Positions 27,264-38,512 of a stretch of 64,000 nucleotides of DNA are shown here, one piece after another. Under the pieces are notes generated by a model. It ran no database searches. It was given only the letters and a program-made list of their open reading frames with translations, and had not been told where the DNA came from. Each line of letters starts with the position of its first letter. The stretch's first letter is position 1. The DNA is taken from contig LSRY02000018.1 in NCBI GenBank assembly GCA_001643675.2, positions 1,488,001-1,552,000 of the forward strand, given 5' to 3'. This stretch comes from Monocercomonoides exilis PA203. Lineage: Eukaryota > Protista > Preaxostyla. The translations under genes were made by a program, and so were the position numbers.

Positions 27264-28650
27264 ATGAGCATTTTTCAGGTTAAAATAATTAATGCAGCAC
27301 ATGTAATGAACAGTTTTTTCTTTATCTTTTCAAAAGATATTATGTATAAGCTGGAGCATAAAATCTCTGTTGATGAAAATCAGAAAATCAATGAATTGAA
27401 AGAATTGATGGACAACATGAATTTGGAAGAATTAAATTCAACTTGTATTGAATATGAGTTTGAATTATTTGAAGAGAAAAACCTTTCATTAGAAAACACA
27501 ATTGCATTGCTCAAACATTATGGATTTTGCAAAATGTTGAGTACTTTTTGTTATATATGCTAAAAAAAATATTCGATCAAAGAAAGAATTGAAAAGATGA
27601 TAATTGAAGAAAACAACAAGAAAGAAAGAAAGAGCGAAAAGCTGTTGATAGACCTTTGTGAAGCTTACTTGTTGAATAATTGTTTTGCGATCGACCGCAC
27701 TGCACCAACAGAATTGCTCTCAATTTGCGTACCTTGTATCTTAAAAGTTGCACTGAACAAAGCAGAAGATGAAAAAACAAAAAATGAAACAGAAATCGCT
27801 TTGATGGCACTGGATAATGTTCCAGAGCATCAAGTTTGTTTATTTGAATTTTTTGTTGGAAAAGACATGAATTTGTTTCAATATTATCTTGAAATAGGAA
27901 ATGAACAAAGATTTGTTCATAAATGAGATTATTGAAATAATTGAATATCATTGTGAACATAACAATCTCTCTCATCTCGCTTTTCAGTCTGCTTGTGACT
28001 TTTTGGTCAAAAGACAATTATATCAAAGAGGTGAATTAAAACCAATGACCGATAAGTTATATTTTTATAGAAAAGCAATTGAAGAATTGGAAGAGTTGAG
28101 GAAATGTGTGGATTTGAAAAGAGATGAAAAACGGAGGAAAAAACAAAAAGAAGAAATAATCATATGGAGATGGATTCTAACGATGAAAGTTTATTTATCC
28201 TTAATAACTTTGCACGAAAACGAACATCACTTTTTGGTTGATTATTTCGTTGAACTATGCAATCGAGAAATAAATGACCATCAACTTGTGGTTGCTCGCT
28301 GTGTTAATCTTTTTGAAACTTTGGCGAATAATGAATTGCCAGTGAGCGCCAGCTATCTGCTGAGCGGTGGAGCATTTGATTTTGTGTTGAATGGATTCTT
28401 TCGCCCAACTTTGAAAGATTGTTTGCTGGAGAGCTATCTGAGGTTTGTTTTGATTACTGCATTAAAAATGAAAGCAGCAACTGTTGAAGAAAGCGGCAAA
28501 CTGAAATGGAAGAAGATGAAAAGGATGATCCTCGTCAAGATGGAAGAAGAAGGATACGAAGACATTATTTTTTGTTATAATAATCCTTTTATTCAAAACA
28601 CTCGATTTTTTATTTCCGTAAACCTTTCCTATTATTTTGTATTCCCCTGA
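27264..28650 (+). CDS. Divergently oriented paralog of the same helical family; possibly a pseudogene
   Basis: Same motifs as 24790-26223. The reading frame is broken at about 27561 (TAA followed by an A run), either by a lesion or an unrecognised intron. The start is uncertain. Confidence 0.65.
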
Positions 28651-28776
28651 AGATTCCAAATTTTCCGTTGTTCCTCCAAATATTCAAGAGAATTGGTTAT
28701 ATCATCTGTTGAAAAGCATTTTTTTTCCTATTTTTTGAATTGCTTTCATCAATGTTTAATTTGCTCTCTTCATATT

Positions 28777-30802
28777 GGGTGATTTATAAACCCGAACTTT
28801 TTTTTTATTTTGGTTCGAAATAAAAAAAATTTTTTTTCAAGCAATCATATTTTGATAACAAAAATTGAAATGATTAATAATATATATGGTCAACAAGTTC
28901 TCTCTTCATAATTTTTCTGGAATTTTTATGATTTGATTCATCGTCCAAAACATCATCATTCAAAATGTCTGATTTGCGAAATTTTCTTTTTTTGGGCTTT
29001 TCAGCTGCGAAAAGAATTTTTTCTTCGTTTTCTTTTTTCTTTTCTTTTCTTTTCATATCTTCTTTCATTTCCTTTTCTTTTTTCCATTCTTCAGGAAATT
29101 TTTGTTCAGTAATAATTTTTCCAAAAAAATCAAACCTATGTGTTTTCTTTTTCAGTGTCACTGATGGTTCATTTGGAAGTGTTGATAGTACTGAATGCCA
29201 CTCGTTTGAAAGCACGCCGCTTTTCTTGAACGAAGAAACAACAGTTGCAGGAAGTAATGCTGTCTGAAGAGCTTGTGGAAGAACGTTGGAGATGGCCTCA
29301 CGTCGAAGAGAAATGGAAGAATCTTGTGGCACAGAGCACAGAGAGTTGATGCATTTCTTGAAGACTGCAAACACACCACGATCAAGAGGTTGTGTGATGT
29401 GTGAACTGTGAGGAATAAAAGTGACGACGTCTATGTTGTTATCAGCAAATTTCTGCCATATGTCAGGCTGAGCCCGAGAAGAGTGAGAATCCAAAAGCAG
29501 AAGACATCTTTCATTGGTTCTCATCAATATTTTCCTTCTTTCGATGATTCCAGTTAATAAAACCTCTTCTGCATATCTTTGACATATGCTTTCCGTCATC
29601 CATCCATCGTTGTTATTCCAAATATCAATGGATGCGCTCAGTTGAACTCGCATTTCCTTTGGTAATTTGTGACATGGCCACAACACAACGCTTTTTAGAG
29701 AATATCCACCTGCAGCAGCTGCGACAACCAAAGTGGCATTTGGCATGTTTGTGCATGTTGTGTGAAATCCAGCTGGAACTCCTGTGGGGTGAATCACAAG
29801 AGTTTTGAAGGAATCCGATAAGCGGAGTGAAGATTCATCGGCGTTAAAGATTAAAGAAGGTGAATAATGATGAGAATTGTGAAGATTTTGCAGAAGCTCG
29901 TAGAAATGAAGAAGAGCTTGTTGATTGGATACTGAAAGACGTTGGATATCCTCATTTCTGGGAATGGACGCTTTGAGCTCAGAATTCCTTTTTGCAAATA
30001 GATATGGATATGATTTGGACACACTGGTGTTTTCATCAACATCAGTCTCTGATCATCTTTTTTGTCGGAAAGGACGGATTCCATCTGAAAAATAATTATT
30101 ATTAAAAACGAAAGATAAATAAATGTGTAATCGAACTAATTCTCTTGTTTTCTTTGCATTTAAACTTGTTCCGGATAAACTTTCGATTTTAATAACTCCA
30201 ACAATAATGTTTTTGTCCTCTTCATTGAACAGTTCTGGCCTGCCAGGTTTTGCAACAGCTCTGCCGCTTTCAATTGCTGAAACTGCTCTAATTATTGCTG
30301 AACGAGAGAACTCTTTGGTATTTATTGCATCAACGATTCTGACATGTCCATCAACAACAATACGTGCCATGCGTTCTAATCGGTTTTCAATTCTTCGATA
30401 TTCAAATGACATCATTTTTTCTCGAAGAATTAACTGTCCACGTTCTCTTTTGGTTTTCACAACACTCATTAAAAAAATATTCTGGCAATGATCTTTTTTT
30501 ATTTTTTTAAATGAATTTTTTTAAAATGAAAAAAAATCAAAAAAACATTTTCGATTAAATTCTAACTTGATTAGCCCCATTGCTATTACCTAATCTCCTC
30601 AGTGGAGGCACTAATCAGAGATGGAGGAGCTAACCCACACCCTTATCAGAGATTAGGAATTGTAATTTAATCTTAATTTCAAACTGCTGATTTTTCCTTA
30701 TTTACTGAAAACAATATAAAAAAATATAAAAAGTGGGAAAAATCAACTTATTATTAAAAAAAAAGTCCGGGTTATTAAAAAGTTCGGGTTAATAAATCAC
30801 CC
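28777..30802 (-). mobile_element. pogo-like DNA transposon copy 2 with 24-bp TIRs
   Basis: TIR gggtgatttataaacccgaacttt (28777-28800) pairs with aaagttcgggttaataaatcaccc (30779-30802), 1 mismatch. TA on the right flank. Confidence 0.9.
28874..30469 (-). CDS. DD35D transposase (DDE_1 family); intron 30136-30085 and one frame disruption near 30050
   Basis: FNADES, GWMTE, LLLLDSHSS and QPLDRGVF, with 35 residues between D2 and D3. An HTH-like N-terminus contains PGRP. Confidence 0.88.
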
Positions 30803-31543
30803 TAATTTGTTTCGACTCAAAGAGTTTATTCACGAAAAGCTCTTTCATTAAATGATGAATAACTTTTATTATTTTCATAAAATTCAGGAGGAAATTTAAA
30901 ATTGGTTGTATATCAGTTATGAAAGTTAGTCATTCATAAAATATATGTAATAGATTTCTAAAAAAGTTAAAACGATTTCAATTTAAGTTACGTGTGTTTG
31001 TATAACATTTGAACTATCACAGAAATATATTAATTATCAATTCTTCAAATTTCAACACTCCAAGAGCAAATAAAAATATAGAAAACTTTGTTAGAATAAA
31101 AAGACCTCCATATAATAAAATGAACTGAAAACAACAAAGAATGCACTCGTGTTTCATAAAAAAATAAAAATTTGAAAAAAAACAAAATACAAATACATTC
31201 TCTTGTTGAAAATTCTCTTTCAAACTATTTCCTTTCAATGATGATTGAAAACCAAATTTTTTTTTTTAAATCTAAATTTGTGCAAACACAAATGAACATC
31301 AAAAACAATAAACAAACTCTCACAGGGATTAGGCTTCCCCTGCATATATGAATATCACGATCAAAGAAGAAATAAAAACTGACAGCATTTCGAAAACCAT
31401 CATTCACATCAAATGTCTAAAAGAAAATTGTATTTTGAATAAAATCCAGTTCTAATAGATGGTTTCGTTATGCGAATGAATTGACAAGCAATCAATAACC
31501 ATTCCTTTGCTGCACAAAAACAGATTTGGCGTATCGAAATAAA

Positions 31544-33746
31544 TTACAGGCCAGTTTTCAGGTTTTCTGGCTTTGTGAAAGGGAAAGGCCCTTCAAACTG
31601 CCACTCCTTCTGCTTCGTCTGGCTCTTCTCCAGCCAGCTGTAGTCATATTGCGGGTAGGACTTCTTGTTTGCCAAGTAGCTACTGTCATCCCACTCAACG
31701 TCTAAATAGTTGGAGGACCATGTCCCCGAATGCCGAGATGACTCTTCAAGGAATGAATACGGCCTGTTAGAAAAGAATAGATGGATCAGTCGGAAGAATT
31801 AAAATATGCATTTGTATTCAAAAAAAAAAAAAAAAATGGATATAAAAAATAAGAAAATAAATAGAAAATAAATAAATAAAAATAAATGATCTTATAAATT
31901 ATTTATTATTAATGTTTTAAACAAATAAATAAATTTCCTCTTTCCACCCTTTGGAACTTCATACATCATATTATATCCGCAGTTGTCGACCTCATTCGCC
32001 AATCTGTCTGACTGCTCTTTGATCGGTTTGAAGTATCTTCTCACACTTTCAGCAGGCACTCCGTTTACTGTAAAGAGCTCTACTTGCTTTGTGTCTTCGC
32101 GCTTCGCTGCAGCAAAATACAAGTTCACCAAGTGATTCTTATCAGCCGAGCTGCCCATGAAGAAATAGCGTTTTGTGTTGCTGTCACAGCCGGTGACCTG
32201 CGCCCCTTTGGCTGTGCACTCAAACTCTGTTGGCTGCTTCATCACGTCTATCACATGATTCACTGAGTCTGCGTCAAGACACATTGAAATGTCGATTTCT
32301 TCATTGCTTGAATTGCCGTTGGAATTAAAGCGTCTTCCACTTCGAGCAAAGCGCTTCTCATAAACGCTTGTGATGTCTTTGAGGTGAGGATGCTTCTTCA
32401 TTTCATTCAATTGCTTTCTTTGGGTCTTTTCAATTGCAGAAGCAATTTTTCTGCTCAATCTTGCATGATTTCTCGAGTCGCTTCCTTTTGCTGTTGAATC
32501 TCCATTCATTGTCCCTTTATTATGCGGCGCCTCCGAATTCTCCGAAGCGCATGTGAACCAGTTCTGAAAGTCCATTGCATTCGGACACACCATTCGCTCG
32601 TTCCATGTTGACCTCTGCTGCATCCAGAAGGCGATTGAATGCGACCCTGTTGCCCAGCTGTTTTCAAGAATAAACCCGCCTTTTCTTCCTTCACGAGACA
32701 CCCACTCGTCGTTGAACCCCACAATCTTCATCTCGTGGCCCCCGCCTGCCACGAAACGGGAAAATAGGAACCATTCACCGTCGGATGTGATGAAGTCGTA
32801 GCCCTCCAGTTTCAAGCACTGGTCGCCTTTCCGGAGTTTGTTAATGTAATACGGGCACGGAACACGCTCCTTTGAAGTTTCGCACATTACAGAATACGTT
32901 TCGTCTTCTCCCTTGGCTGCCACATTACAAGGAATGTACAGTATGTTGTCTGGCACATTGGTTGACATGATCAGTGAAATCTTCTTTTTCAAAAGAAGTC
33001 GTTTTGTATCCTCCACACTGTAGCTTGTGTTCATCGTTTTGATTGAAAAACGAATTGGATTTGTTCCTTTTGTTGATTCATTAAGATTCGGGCAGTCCCA
33101 TTCCTCTTTAACATCCGGTTTGTAAGTACAAAGCGATTCAGGATATAGTTTCGTGTACAAATTTGGTAAATAATATAACTAAAAATGGAGCGAATTGTTG
33201 CTTTATGAAAAAAACCATCAAGTTAACCATTACAAACCCAAACTGCCTCTCCTCCTTCTGTAGAGTTAGAAAATGGGCCTGAATCCAATTCATTACATAT
33301 TTTCAAGTTTTCAAATTTTTGGCATTCCTTAACAATCTCAAGTCCATATGCCTGCACCGAAAAAGGAACGTATTCGTCTTTTGTAAGAAATCCTCGTTTA
33401 ATGCCATTTTCGCGATATGAATGCTCCAAAAAGCCAATAAGTGATTGAGCCCTAAAATTCAAAATATTGACAAATATTTGCAGTTAGTAGTTTTTAAAGC
33501 ATACCAGCAAGTACCTCGCTGAGCTTGATCTTTATGAGGCATAGAAATATCAACAGCCCATTTATATGGATGCAAGCTATAAGATATATATTTGGTGTCT
33601 TCATTATAATGCAGCTTTATTGATGCTAAAATGGTGAGGACAATGCCCAAAGCAATTGATACGCAAATAAAAAACAACTGTGCAACATTGTAGCAAGGAT
33701 GAAGAGATTGTTCATGCTTTTCTTTGGGAACCAAAGCTTCCTTCAT
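31544..33746 (-). CDS. Papain-like (clan CA, C1-type) cysteine peptidase with an N-terminal TM anchor, about 4 exons
   Basis: KDQAQRGTCW|AQSLIGFLE (oxyanion Gln and catalytic Cys, spanning an intron), GGHEMKIVGF (His) and FILENSW (Asn). The last exon ends with TAA at 31544. Confidence 0.85.
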
Positions 33747-35876
33747 TTTATCAATCCTTTAATAAAATAATGCTAATATTGATCTTACAAAAAAATAATT
33801 TTGTTATATTCAGAAATAATCAAAAAAAAAAATAAAAGTGAATAAATTATTATATATAAATTAGGCCTTTGCGACATGCCGACTTTTCGCAAAGGATCTC
33901 GACAGGTCGACCGACAAAAACGTAACAGAACTTTTTGATCAACATAATAAATTAAAAAAATATTATTAACTCATTTTTCTGATTTCATTGATTTTTCGAA
34001 ATAACAAAAATAAATATTTTCTAATAATGAAAAAGCAAAAGATACCTTTTTATTTAAATAGCCGAGAATGAAAATTTAATGGGCAATCGACAGATCTTAG
34101 TTGAGATCAGTCAAACGACAAAGATCAGTCTGTAGGAAAGATCAGTCGGTAGTACAGATCAATTTGTCGAATGGAACTTTCACTAATTCATATACTCCTT
34201 TTGTTAATTGTTTTCTCACACAATTTTTATTTGATGAATATCTTCAACAGCAAAATTGAAATGAGGAGAAAGGATTGTCCGTTTTGTAATGTTTATCGAT
34301 ATTCGTTTTTATAGGGATTTCGCAGTTTTAACTAAATCTGTATTGAAATGGTGAACTCAGCTATACACCATAAACACTAATGAACTTATCTCTTTTCGCC
34401 ACTTATTCTTCTTATTGTGTTTGCGATTTGATTTTTGGTATTTACATTTCAAATGTTGCGTAGCAAAGAGGATATGAAAGAACTTAACTTGTTGGTTACA
34501 ATTCAAAATTTCTCCATGAGCATTGGTTAAAAGCTAATAGTAGAAAAATGAAATTGCTTCAATAGGAAGTTTGACATTCAAGAGTGAAGAACATTTTCAA
34601 TCAAAAAGCCTATTTAGTTAAAAAGATTCAACATGAAGAATATTGCAATTGGTTGTGAATGCTCATCAGAAGGCAAATGTCAGCGCAATAAATAATATTG
34701 CGAAAATTTGCATTTAACAAGAATCTGCGTGAACACATTAAGACGTTTCTTTTTCATTTTTTTGAATTATTTTTGTTGTTTTATGTGATTCAGTTGTTAC
34801 TATTTTTTAAGAACCTGTTGGTGGCAAAGAAAATAAAACGCTTCGAAGGATTCTATCTTCTTTATGAATTATTAATTAGAAAAATATTTATTCTTTAACG
34901 GGAAAGCAAGATTTGGTATCAAGAAGTGTGATTGAAGTGGTTCGGGCATTTTTTTGATGGATTTTTAGGTTTGGAATAACAGCTTCGACAGAACATTGTA
35001 ATCATTTTTCCTCCTCGAAAAGCAATTAATATTTTTTATCATATCGACTATGCCAAGATGCAATAGCTTCAAATAATCAAAAGAATAAACTCTCTTTTAT
35101 ATATGCTTCATCCAACGAAAGTATATTTATTGAATGTTAACGAAGTTGAACCAATATGCTTTCAATTCAGCAATAAGGAAAAGATTTCTTGAAAAGAAGA
35201 GAATTGCAGTTATTTTTATGGAAAACATAGCGAAAACAATCGAAAGATATTTATTTGAAAATAAAGAGGAAAATAAAGTTCGGAAAAATATGTGAAAGCT
35301 TGCATTCTAATAAATTGAGATCACGATTAAAAAATAAAGCAAAATTGAGAAAGTTTTATTGATTAATTGTTCAAAGACCATAGGAAAAGAGATCCTAAAA
35401 AAATAAAAATGAAGCATCAAACTTTTATCAAAACACAATAAATGTACAAGGATATCACAACAACTGATGTGAAGCATCCAAGCTGCAAAAGAATTTCCAA
35501 CTATTTATTCCACCTGTTTCAGAACTTTCTTATCCTTCATTATTATTGAGATCGTTTCATTCATATGTACAACTTTTTTTCTGTTGATAAGATGTGTTCT
35601 GATAGCACTTCATTTTTATCTATCAACTTCTTTTCATAATGTTATTGCTTGTTAACATCTGCTGATTGTCTCAGATTATTCTTGAACCCAATGGAATCCA
35701 CCGAATGATGTCCTATCCGATGTTGCAATATAGATCTAAATAAATTTTAGCAAGTCTGTAATTTCAGTCTTGTGACAAAGACTTGCTTTGAAGCATTCTT
35801 GGAAATTGTATCATTTTGAATCCTATGAGCGAATAGCAGAAAATAAGCTTTTCCCTGTAAGCAAGGCCCAAGAGTG

Positions 35877-36500
35877 TTACTGAATCGAGGAATCATTAGG
35901 AGCATGCTTGCTCAGAAATTGTGTTGTGTGTTTGTGTGTTGTTGTTGTTGCTGCTGCTGCTGTTACTGTTATTGTTGCATTTGATGCAGTGGCAGATTGG
36001 GGAAGGAAGCTTCCACTGAATCCATAATCGGTGTCGGACTCTAAGTCCATGGAATTAGACATTGTGAGCATAACGGAGCCTGCTGGGAAGCGCTGGATAA
36101 ACTCCTGCTTCAGACTTGCAAGTGAAAGCCGCTCTTCAGTTGCACGTGACCAGCATTCCTTTGCCACGCTGGCAAAAGACGAACTGCAGATCCTGTCGAT
36201 ACTTGCCCTCTTCCCATTCACAATCTTCTGCCCCACCACATCTGCCTCATTCTCTCCAAACGGGATCTCCAGCATCAGGCGCTCCCACAGCATTATCCCT
36301 TTCGAGAACACAACTGATTCCTTTGTTGCCCCCATCTTTTTGTTGATGAGCAGCTCTGGCGCCTTCCATCTCAAGCACTCTTTGCTGTTGTCTGAATCAT
36401 CCTCAAATGCTGATAAAGGCAGAGAGTCGCTGTCATCATCATCATCACTTGCTGAAGTGACAACTGTTGATGATGAGATGGATGAAATGTCTGAGCCTGA
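35877..36500 (-). pseudogene. C-terminal kinase-like fragment of a lineage-specific receptor-like family
   Basis: RWKAPELL...ESVVFS.GIMLWE..IPF resembles kinase subdomains VIII-XI. The upstream sequence is broken by stops. Confidence 0.65.
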
Positions 36501-38512
36501 TTAGCAGTTGGGTTGAATGAAATGCTCGGCACAAAGATTTAGGAGAAGAAAATGTTGAGGGAGCTGCCGCTTTCCAATGAGAAGAGCAGATCATTCATTT
36601 CGTTGATGGATTGCAACGTATTTTGTAACTTTCTGAATAAAACCTGAGCAGCTGTCACTTCCTTTTCCTCAACTAACTTTTTTGTATTTCCTTTTTTTCA
36701 TTCACTCTTCATAGTTAGATGAACAAGAAATCCTGAAGAACCGCAATTTGCTTCTGACAAAGCAATGAACAGACTGCCTAATCAACTGGACTTGAAAATG
36801 AAGTAATTGCATCAAATCTTCAAAGAAAAAATGTTAACTTTTAATCAGTTGAAGATGTTATTACAATAAATTTAAAGGAAACTTTTTGTTCGTGCTTTCA
36901 AGATTGCCTTTTTCATGCGAAAAACAAAATTGAAGATAGAAATCAAATTTTTATCAGAAAAAGAAGAAATTCTTATGATCTGCAATTTGCAAACATATAT
37001 TCATAAAAATCAGAACAAACTTTTTCTTCTCAAAACATTTTTTCGCAATTATTCTTTCTGTGAATCAACAATAGCTCCTCATTATTAATGCTCAGAAGAT
37101 ATATCCAATAACATCTTTTTGAATGCAACAGGCGCTAAAAAAACTATTCTATTGAATATTTCTTTGAGCTCTTCAATTTTTCTTTTATTATTTTCAGGCT
37201 TCCTGCAAAAGACATTCAGTTCAATTTAAATATCAATAAAAGTGACAAAAATTATTGCAAACTTTGATAATATTTATATATTTTAACTTCAACAAAAAAG
37301 GCTTTTGTCAACTCTTATTTAGAAAACAATTTTATTTTTCTGTCTTTCTTAATTCGTAAATGTTATCCAGTGAGTGAAAACGAATGAACACAACATTCTC
37401 CACTCTTTTGGGTCCATTTATCTACGAAGAAATAACTTTTTTTATCTGCATTTTCCAAAAAGAGCGGATGTGTTGTTGTTTCTTGTTATTTACATTAATT
37501 ATTTCATCGAAATTTTTAAAATTGTAATAAATTGATGATCTTTTTGTAATTTTGAAAAGACAATAAATCTCATGAAAACCAAAAAAGCAAACCATCAAAA
37601 AATAAAACATTCGTTTATATTAATTTTGATATGGTCTTGTTGTGATATTGGCGATTAAAAATTCAATTATTTTGTAGCATAATAACGTGGATCATCGTAA
37701 TAATTATTTGAATAGAAAAACAAAACAATATTCTCAATATATGTATTAAGATAAAAATCTCATTAGATACAATGCGAATAGAAAGGTTTTATTCGAATAA
37801 CAATAACTTATTCAAATAGATGGTATTGGAATAAGAAAAATTTATTCTAGAAAGACCAAGTTTATTCCAATTAATCCCTCAACAAAATTTTTTATGATCC
37901 TTTTTGTCAATTCGTATGTGCTGAAAAATCAGAACATAATTTGATAAATAGATATTATAGACACATGAATGTTCAATTCCAAAAATTGTTGTTTAACAGT
38001 TATGGTCATTAATTAAAAAATGTTAATCTGTTGTCCTGAATAACAGCATTTGAGATTGTATAGTGTTACATGAAATTTTTCTAAAATTCAAAATGATATT
38101 TTTTGAACCGTGGATAAATCAGATGATATGCATTATTTGAAGGGTTTTCTCAATGAAAGAAGAATCATTTGTGGAACGAGGAACGAACGTTCAATCTTTT
38201 TATTATTTAATTAACAGATCCACAGAATTGTATAAAAATCAAAATTCAAAGCAGTTCACCGAGAAAAGACTTCTTTCAGGGAAATTTCAAAAAATTTCAA
38301 TCTTTGTTGGAACAGAAAACTGTAAAGGAAAAGCGTGTGTGTGTTTCAGCGCTCATTCGCTTTGTGCTCAATAACAAATTCGAATGGCAGAGGGATGTAT
38401 TGTGTTGCTGTATCAGCTGCATTCAAAATGAGGAGCCTCCAGTTCATTTCGTGCTCAACTGTATCGTTTGGCTGAGGATTGGATTTTAATCCAAGTCAAT
38501 CAACAACGCCAA

